Shown here: in pieces, positions 57,302-64,000 of the stretch | Numbering within the stretch: the stretch's first letter is position 1 | Layout: the number at the start of each line of letters is the position of its first letter | DNA from: a virus | Lineage: Duplodnaviria > Caudoviricetes | Reading direction: 5' to 3' (one strand) | Length of the DNA stretch: 64,000 nucleotides | Virus record (IMG/VR): IMGVR_UViG_3300025372_000014 | Span: 1 to 64,000 of that record | The notes under the pieces: generated by a model | What the model saw: the letters and a program-made list of their open reading frames with translations, nothing else | The model's database searches: none | Told to the model about the DNA's origin: nothing | Position numbers and translations under genes: made by a program

Positions 57302-57327
57302 GATATAGATCAATAATAAATAAGTAG

Positions 57328-57357
57328 TGGGCACCTTCGGGTGCCCATTATTTTTTT
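57328..57357 (+). terminator. intrinsic terminator with UUCG tetraloop
   Basis: TGGGCACC-TTCG-GGTGCCCA-TTATTTTTTT. Confidence 0.92.
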
Positions 57358-57407
57358 ATGGGTGTAATATAAGTTGGTATAATAAGGTAAATAAAGGAAA
57401 AAGGTTT

Positions 57408-57647
57408 ATGACTGAATTTGATATCAATGGTTTTGTTACTTCCGCTATTGTGCGTGAAGTTAAGAAGTTGTACTTATCCTTCCTGTATACAACTGAAGAT
57501 CTTGCTAATAATAACAAGTTATCAGAAGAAGATTTCGCGTATCTTAGAAAAAGAATCCTTGACTATGGGAATAATACTGTTAGAAATTTAGAGGAACAGT
57601 TAGATAATTTTGATTTTACGTTTAAAAATAAAGAAAATAATAAATAA
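57408..57647 (+). CDS. hypothetical protein
   Basis: Start moved to ATG 57408; the track start lies in the terminator. Confidence 0.7.
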   Translation: MTEFDINGFVTSAIVREVKKLYLSFLYTTEDLANNNKLSEEDFAYLRKRILDYGNNTVRNLEEQLDNFDFTFKNKENNK

Positions 57648-57649
57648 TC

Positions 57650-58438
57650 ATGAGTAGCACAAACACAAACAAATGGTATTACGAATTTTCGGTAACTGAT
57701 AAAACCGGAGCACAAACAAAAAAGTATGCCATATTAAAACCTAATAGGAAAATTAGAGAAGATGGTGAACTGTTTTTCGCCAGTGAAACTTCTAGATTTG
57801 CTAAGGCCGGGGTATTGCCACGTGCAGCTTGGAATACCATTCTTTCAAATGGCGGGGGTACTATTAGCGACTCAGAAAGAGAAAGTTATGGAAAGCTTCT
57901 TGCAGATTATAGAACAAATAGTTTTGAGTTACAGTCTATCCTGATTAAGAGCGATGGCTCTAGGTCTGAAGATGAAAATAAGAGGATCGAGGAGCTTCTA
58001 GTTAAGATAGAAGAAATCAAACGTAATATACAATCTTTTGAGTCTGAACAAATTAATATTTTTGAAAATACCGCAGAAGCTAAGGCTCGTAACCGTACCA
58101 TTTTATGGTGGATGCTTCAACTATCATTCGTAGAGAATAGCGGTAGTTATGTTCCAGTGTTTGATGGAGAGTCATTTTATGACAAGCTAGATAAATATGA
58201 TGAAATAAATGATTCTGATAATGAGGAACTATCTTTTACAGTTCAGCGTCTAACATATTTAGTTACGCTGTGGTTCTTGGGTAGAGCAGAAAAAACCGAG
58301 GACTTTGTATCTCTTGATCAAGAGTTCTCCTCAAGTAAAAAAGAAGAGAATGCTGAAGTTAAGCCAGAGGAAGATGCGGTTGTGACACCTGATGCTACGG
58401 TTGCGCCTGCTACGCCAGAGACTTCTGCGCAGGCATAA
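57650..58438 (+). CDS. putative tail assembly chaperone
   Basis: Position between tube and tape measure genes. Confidence 0.5.
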   Translation: MSSTNTNKWYYEFSVTDKTGAQTKKYAILKPNRKIREDGELFFASETSRFAKAGVLPRAAWNTILSNGGGTISDSERESYGKLLADYRTNSFELQSILIKSDGSRSEDENKRIEELLVKIEEIKRNIQSFESEQINIFENTAEAKARNRTILWWMLQLSFVENSGSYVPVFDGESFYDKLDKYDEINDSDNEELSFTVQRLTYLVTLWFLGRAEKTEDFVSLDQEFSSSKKEENAEVKPEEDAVVTPDATVAPATPETSAQA

Positions 58439-58444
58439 TAAAAT

Positions 58445-59476
58445 GTGCAAAATAGTACCGTAAAATACGGAAATGTTTTTACAGAAATAGCTGTCGGGCT
58501 TTCACAGAAAGCCATAGAGGGTAGAACTTATTATTTTAAGCACCCAACACAGGCCGAGCATTTTGAAATTTATGGTAAGTATTATTTAATATTTGAAGAT
58601 GCAAAAAAGCGCGGCCTACTCTCGGAAGAGGAAAAAATAGAAGACGCCCTTAAAAATGGTTGGTGGACTAAACAAAAAGAAGTGAGATTTAATCAGTTAA
58701 ATGATAATATTAAAAATCTTAAAATAACAAGAAATAACTTATTATTACCATCACAAAAGCAACAGATAGATAAAGAGATACAAAGAAATATTTATATTCT
58801 TTCAACGTTCGAGAAGGAAAGAAATGAAATAATTGGATATACGGCAGAAAAGTACGCCAATGAGAGGCTATACGATGAAATGCTTCTGTCTTTAACTTAT
58901 AAAAATAGTAATCTAACCGAAAGGCTATTCACTGATAGTCAAGAATATTACTATTTGTCTGATAGCATAGTAGAGAGCATAAGAGAGGGGTTCTTCTCGT
59001 CTATGGCTATCTTGTCGCCAGATAGTATAAAAAAAGTGGCTGCATGTACATTTTTTCAAAATATGTTGTATGTAACTTCTGAATGTGATGTTATGAGTTT
59101 TTGGGGCAAGTCAGCAACTCAGTGTACAAAATACCAAATAGATTTACTTATTAATGGTAAGGTTTTTAAAAATGCAATTAAAAATGAAATGCAGCAAGGT
59201 GGAAGTATTTCAGATGATGTTCTTTCAGATCCTGAGAAATTTGTGTTATGGTATGACTCACAGACTAATAATGCTACAACTAATAGTACAACTAGCTCTA
59301 ATTTTTCCGGATCAAATAATGCAGTATCTAGTTTTGTAGGCGCAACAAAAGAAGACTTAAAGCAGATGGGTGTCAAAATAGAAAAAATCAAGGGTAAGAG
59401 CCTATTACAGCTAGCAGAAGAAAAGGGTGGTGTTTTACAAAAACATGAATATCTGAATGCGCGAGAAGGTAGCTAA
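58445..59476 (+). CDS. putative tail assembly chaperone-like protein
   Basis: Position immediately before the tape measure gene. Confidence 0.45.
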   Translation: MQNSTVKYGNVFTEIAVGLSQKAIEGRTYYFKHPTQAEHFEIYGKYYLIFEDAKKRGLLSEEEKIEDALKNGWWTKQKEVRFNQLNDNIKNLKITRNNLLLPSQKQQIDKEIQRNIYILSTFEKERNEIIGYTAEKYANERLYDEMLLSLTYKNSNLTERLFTDSQEYYYLSDSIVESIREGFFSSMAILSPDSIKKVAACTFFQNMLYVTSECDVMSFWGKSATQCTKYQIDLLINGKVFKNAIKNEMQQGGSISDDVLSDPEKFVLWYDSQTNNATTNSTTSSNFSGSNNAVSSFVGATKEDLKQMGVKIEKIKGKSLLQLAEEKGGVLQKHEYLNAREGS

Positions 59477-59521
59477 AGTGTAAATATCATAGAGTATAAC
59501 CCTCATACTCGGAAAAAGGAT

Positions 59522-62500
59522 ATGCCACTAGAAACAATTGTAAATGTATCAGCGAATACCAGACCAGCCGAGCAGCAAATTAATCAGCTTACTGGTAAAA
59601 ATTACGCAATTAATCTTAATATTAATTCTCAGCCTCTGGGCAGAATTACTGGGCAGTTAAGCGAATTTAATAAATCAATTGATGCGGCAAATGCCCGTGT
59701 TATAGCTTTCGGTGCTAGTGCTGGCGCTATTTCCATTCTAGAGAAATCTTTCCATGCACTGATTGATTCTACTATAGAAGTGCAAAAAGCCATGAATGGC
59801 ATTCAGGTTATTCTTGGTGCATCTGAGGGGGTGATGACTAAGTTTGGTAAAAACTTATTTGACATTGCAAAAAATACTGGCCAAAGCTTTGATGTTGTTG
59901 CTGAGGCGGCTACGAATCTTTCTCGTCAGGGCTTGGGCGTAGAAGAAACATTAAAAAGAACCAATGATGCGCTTGTGCTTTCTCGTATTACTGGTATGGG
60001 TGCTGCAGAAAGTGTTCGCGCACTGACTGCGGCAGTAAACTCTTTTACAAGTCAGGCTGTAACTGCCACAGAGGTTGTTAATAAATTTGCAACTGTAGAT
60101 TCCTCATTTGCTATTGGTGCAAAAGATTTGCCAGAAGCTATTAGTCGTGTTGGTAGTGCCGCCGCTCAAGCGGGTGTTAGCTTGGATGAGCTTATTGCGC
60201 TGGTTACATCTGCACAGGTGGCAACAGCCCGTGGCGGTAGTGTAATTGGTAACTCGTTTAAGACAATCTTTACAAGACTTGAGCGTGGAAAAACACAAGA
60301 CTTATTAGAGAGTATTGGTGTTAGCACAAAAGATTCCGAAGGAAAATTAAAGTCTACAATTGACATGCTAAAAGATTTGGCTACTGTTTACGGAAGCCTA
60401 AGTCAAGGTCAGCAGGCGAATGTGGCCGAAAAGGTTGGTGGAGTTTTCCAGATTAACATTTTAAAAGCTGCTTTGGCAGATTTAGGTAAAGAAAATTCTG
60501 TATATAACGCTGCTCTAAAAACATCCATATCTTCAACGGATGAAGCAACAAAACGTAATGAAAAATTAAATGAAACATATGCCGCTCAAATCAATAGACT
60601 AAAACAAAGCGCTACAGAGTTAGCTGCAAACGCTGGTAAGCAGGTTTTTGGGCCAAGCATGGATAGAATTATTGGCGGTGGGAATAATATATTAGATTCT
60701 TTAAATAATATAGATTCGAATAGCATCGGCGCTAAATTAGGTAAGGGAATTCTTGACGGTATTGGTCAGGTTTTAGCCGGTCCCGGATTGGTATTAATTG
60801 GTGGGGTTGTTATAAAGTTACTGGGCGATTTAGCTAAATTCTCGTCTGGTAGTGTTAAGGAACTATTAGGTTTAAATGCTGCAACAAAACAGCGTGAAGA
60901 TATACAGAAAAGTGTTCTTGAGATTTTACAAAAAGAGCCAGATGTTTTAGCAAAAATTAACGCTGCAGGAAAAGACACGACCTCATCTGCAAAAATATTA
61001 TTAAGCTTCCTAGAGAAACAGACAGCGCAGATGGAAATGCAGGCAAAGTGGGCCGGTGAGGTTGCTGGAAAGTTATATGGTGGTGGTGTGAGAATGGGTG
61101 GTGGTGTACCAGTAACAAAAAAATCTGCAGGTTATATTCCAGACTTTGCAAGTGAAGAGATACAAGCAAAAATGCTTGGCGCAAAAAATCCACGCGCAAT
61201 GTGGAGCGATGGGACAATTGGTGGTAAAAAATTTATTAAGAATAGTGAGGAGACTGAGATAGTTGGGTATGGGCGTAATGGAGATTCTGCTGTTATACCA
61301 ATGTATGCCAGTGGATATGTACCTAATTTTGCTGGAGAGGGCTCAAGAGTTCAGGCTCTATCTGAATGGAATAGATTTAATCTAATTGATGATAATGGTA
61401 AAATAATACTTGCGAATAAACCCTCAAAAGATTTAAGAAACTGGTCCCGCAACAACTCTGGAATATTGTCAGAAGAGGATATATTAAAAATAAAACAGCC
61501 AGAACCGCTGACAAAAAGAGAAAAACCAATAACCTCCGTAGAGGATATAAGTGTATCTGGAAGGGGCTCTAATAAAATAGTAAATCTGGGTAATCTTGAT
61601 TTATCGACTTTAGATCCTAGTATCGCTAATAAATATGGAGTATTTTTTCCGAACTTGGGTGGCGAGGTTCTGCCAATTTCTCAGTCGGTAAATGATATTA
61701 GCGCGTTAAAAAGTAAAAATGTAAATGGAAACATTTCTGCTAAATTAAAAACTGCATCTGTTTTTCCTTTAAATTCAAAAGAAAGCGATTTTGATAAAAT
61801 TCTAGAAGACCTATTTTTACCGCCTTTTAGGAATTTATCAGATAGAATTGCATCTACATTTTTATCTAAAGATAGTAGTATTGCAGGCGAATTGGGAGTG
61901 GATAGTGTACTCACCCCTTCTGTGAAGGGTAGTATATTTGAAAAAGCTTTGGGGGCGGCTTCTGTTATTTCTAAGAAAAAATTTGAAAAAGATAGTCAAG
62001 AAGATCAACGTTCTTTTGATTATGCACCGCTTGGTGATTATCCGTCTCTTATGGATAAGATAAAGTTATCTTCTGATGGCGCAGCTGAAGCAAAAAAATC
62101 TAAAGATGCGGCTCATAACTTACCATCAAAAATTTTAACACATGACTCTGGTTTATTAGTTCAATTACAAAACAAAATTAAAGAAAAACTAGAGCCAAAA
62201 ATTAAAACTGCGGCAACTGGTTATATACCTAATTTTGCAGATGCGCTACATGCATCTATTGCGCGCGAAATTGGTGCTGGCGCGCCAGCTGGTGATATTT
62301 ATGTTAAAAAATATGGACAATTAACAAGTGCAAATAATCCCGATGGGTATGGTGTTTTTAATAAGAGGGATGAGGGCACGATGTCGAGCGAGATGCGAGC
62401 TATGCGCAAAAAGGGATATGCTCGTGGTTATATTCCAAATTTTGCTGATGATGGTGGAGGATTTGGCGCTGCTGGTGGTGCTAGCGCCGGGCTTGATTTA

Positions 62501-64000
62501 TTAATGGCGTTACAGTTAATCAAATCTTCTAATAAAGAAAAATCTGAAGAAGAAAAAAAGGCCGCAGAAGCTACCAAAGAGGCATCTACTGGAATAAAGC
62601 AATTAACTAGTAATATTAAAGCACTTTCACAGATAGATAAAGAAATTGCATCTGTTTCTAATTTAAAAAAAGCCGCTACTTCTGCTATAAGTAAAATAAG
62701 ATCAAATGAACTTCCATTAGATTTAATGGGCGAAGCCGTTAGTACTGTCAAGCAAAGTGGAGCCGAAGAAGCAAGGTTAAAAAAACAAAAAAAAGATATT
62801 CTTGCCGAAGGGAGAGCTTCGGGGGCTTTTAACGCGAAAATTCTAGGTGTAGATGTTGGTAATGTAGAAAGTATGTCAACCTTTACTGGTTCTTTGAAAC
62901 AACAGGCTGGATCTTTACTGGGTAAAGCTGGCAAAATGGCTTCAAACCCAATGCTTGGAATAGCTGCGCCATTAATTGCTGGACAAATTTCAGAATTAAT
63001 ACCCAAAGAAAATACCGGTGCAAAACAGGCGGTATCTAGTCTAGGAAATGTGGCATCAATGGCTAGTACTGGTGCAATGTTAGGTGGGCCAATTGGTGCA
63101 GTAGCTGGCGCGGCGGTTGGCGCAATAGGTGAAATACCTAATATAGCACGAGCTTTTAATTCTAGTTTACCAAAACTTACCGAAGAGGCAGATAAGGCAA
63201 AAGATGGGTTTACAGAATTTCATTCTACTTCTCAAAGTTATCTACAGTCACTACAAACACTAGAAGATGCTGTAAATAATGGTACTGCTAGTGAGACAGA
63301 GTTGAGAAAAATGAAACAACAAGTTTCTCAGGCATATGCAAAATTTTCTCCAGATGATTTAAAAGTTATAAAAGAAGCTCGACAAACTGGTGGAGCAAAG
63401 GGTGAGCGAGAGGCTATTCAAGACTTGGATCAGCGTAAAAAAGAAGACGCGGAAAAGAAAGCTAGTGATTTAGCGTTAACAAAAAATGCGGAAGATTTAA
63501 GGTATTCATTCTCTGGAATGATGATACCAGGATGGGCTGGCGGAGGTGTTGGTGCTCAGGACACTTCAAAAGTATCTGATATGGCTGTTTCTGTATTGAC
63601 ACAGGGACTTACTGGTAAAGAGAAACTTGATAAGTTATCAGGTGTTAATATTGGCGGCTTACTAGAAGCTGGTAATAAGAAAGATGCGAGCGCAGTTCAG
63701 GGTCAGTTGATGGCAGCTGGTTATAGTGAGCAAGAGGCAAAGGCCGAGGTTGCCAATCTTAAAGCAAGTAAAGATTTTAGCGCTGCTACTGCAGAACTTG
63801 CAGAAAAACTCGTAAAAGCAAGAGTCGCAACATTAGCACAGAAGAAAGCCGAAGATGAGATAATAGAAGTAAGACAGAGAGATAGGGACATGACCATGCA
63901 AAATGTCGGAATCATACAAGAAGAGATTGCGGCTTTAAAAGTAAACATACAGGCTCAATATGAAACAGAAAGAGCTAAAATTAAAACAGAAGAAAGAAAA
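59522..64000 (+). CDS. tail tape measure protein, partial (runs off the window; absent from the ORF track)
   Basis: ATG 59522 MPLETIVNV...; TP901-like core (TARGGSVIGNSFKTIFTRL); Ala/Gly-rich helical composition; no in-frame stop noticed. Confidence 0.88.
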   Translation, partial: MPLETIVNVSANTRPAEQQINQLTGKNYAINLNINSQPLGRITGQLSEFNKSIDAANARVIAFGASAGAISILEKSFHALIDSTIEVQKAMNGIQVILGASEGVMTKFGKNLFDIAKNTGQSFDVVAEAATNLSRQGLGVEETLKRTNDALVLSRITGMGAAESVRALTAAVNSFTSQAVTATEVVNKFATVDSSFAIGAKDLPEAISRVGSAAAQAGVSLDELIALVTSAQVATARGGSVIGNSFKTIFTRLERGKTQDLLESIGVSTKDSEGKLKSTIDMLKDLATVYGSLSQGQQANVAEKVGGVFQINILKAALADLGKENSVYNAALKTSISSTDEATKRNEKLNETYAAQINRLKQSATELAANAGKQVFGPSMDRIIGGGNNILDSLNNIDSNSIGAKLGKGILDGIGQVLAGPGLVLIGGVVIKLLGDLAKFSSGSVKELLGLNAATKQREDIQKSVLEILQKEPDVLAKINAAGKDTTSSAKILLSFLEKQTAQMEMQAKWAGEVAGKLYGGGVRMGGGVPVTKKSAGYIPDFASEEIQAKMLGAKNPRAMWSDGTIGGKKFIKNSEETEIVGYGRNGDSAVIPMYASGYVPNFAGEGSRVQALSEWNRFNLIDDNGKIILANKPSKDLRNWSRNNSGILSEEDILKIKQPEPLTKREKPITSVEDISVSGRGSNKIVNLGNLDLSTLDPSIANKYGVFFPNLGGEVLPISQSVNDISALKSKNVNGNISAKLKTASVFPLNSKESDFDKILEDLFLPPFRNLSDRIASTFLSKDSSIAGELGVDSVLTPSVKGSIFEKALGAASVISKKKFEKDSQEDQRSFDYAPLGDYPSLMDKIKLSSDGAAEAKKSKDAAHNLPSKILTHDSGLLVQLQNKIKEKLEPKIKTAATGYIPNFADALHASIAREIGAGAPAGDIYVKKYGQLTSANNPDGYGVFNKRDEGTMSSEMRAMRKKGYARGYIPNFADDGGGFGAAGGASAGLDLLMALQLIKSSNKEKSEEEKKAAEATKEASTGIKQLTSNIKALSQIDKEIASVSNLKKAATSAISKIRSNELPLDLMGEAVSTVKQSGAEEARLKKQKKDILAEGRASGAFNAKILGVDVGNVESMSTFTGSLKQQAGSLLGKAGKMASNPMLGIAAPLIAGQISELIPKENTGAKQAVSSLGNVASMASTGAMLGGPIGAVAGAAVGAIGEIPNIARAFNSSLPKLTEEADKAKDGFTEFHSTSQSYLQSLQTLEDAVNNGTASETELRKMKQQVSQAYAKFSPDDLKVIKEARQTGGAKGEREAIQDLDQRKKEDAEKKASDLALTKNAEDLRYSFSGMMIPGWAGGGVGAQDTSKVSDMAVSVLTQGLTGKEKLDKLSGVNIGGLLEAGNKKDASAVQGQLMAAGYSEQEAKAEVANLKASKDFSAATAELAEKLVKARVATLAQKKAEDEIIEVRQRDRDMTMQNVGIIQEEIAALKVNIQAQYETERAKIKTEERK

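Noticed and set aside
58420-58450. Programmed frameshift between tail chaperones
   Set aside because: No clear XXXYYYZ slippery site noticed before the first stop.
60104-63948. Minus-strand ORFs at the right end
   Set aside because: Antisense shadows of the tape measure gene, which the track omits because it has no stop in the window.
1-64000. Prophage or specific host assignment
   Set aside because: No integrase, repressor or host flanks in the window, and promoter style alone cannot name a host.

Overview
This window is part of a large, probably lytic, tailed dsDNA phage genome. It looks siphovirus-like: there is a tail tube and a very long tape measure protein, and no sheath or integrase is visible. 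The host cannot be named from the sequence. (1) 1-8 kb, + strand: HNH endonucleases, UvsE, a RuvB-like ATPase, two tRNAs and an AT-rich non-coding stretch. (2) 8-28.5 kb, almost all - strand: an early/accessory region with two HhH DNA glycosylases, seven tRNAs, rIIA/rIIB, DUF932, gp88-like, WYL-like and many tiny ORFs, mostly expressed as leaderless mRNAs from sigma70-type promoters. (3) 29.8-64 kb, + strand: late module with a phage sigma factor, ERCC4 nuclease, TerL, portal, fibre-like proteins, lysis genes, head and tail genes, and a tape measure gene that runs off the window. The main unexplained structure is a 15-copy intergenic element: a CCSGG-N5-CCSGG core with an asymmetric spacer, always exactly 4 bp from a 27-bp palindrome matching the IHF consensus. 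It divides the early region into cassettes and reverses polarity at about 17.6 kb, although gene direction does not. Other candidates for novelty: a promoter-driven ~260-nt structured RNA, two paralogous secreted WKHS peptides, a 27-bp repeat array around an A34 tRNA-Ser, a long-arm tRNA-Ile(UAU), and a modular tape measure protein with a possible nuclease cargo. All family calls come from motif recognition by eye, not from database searches.
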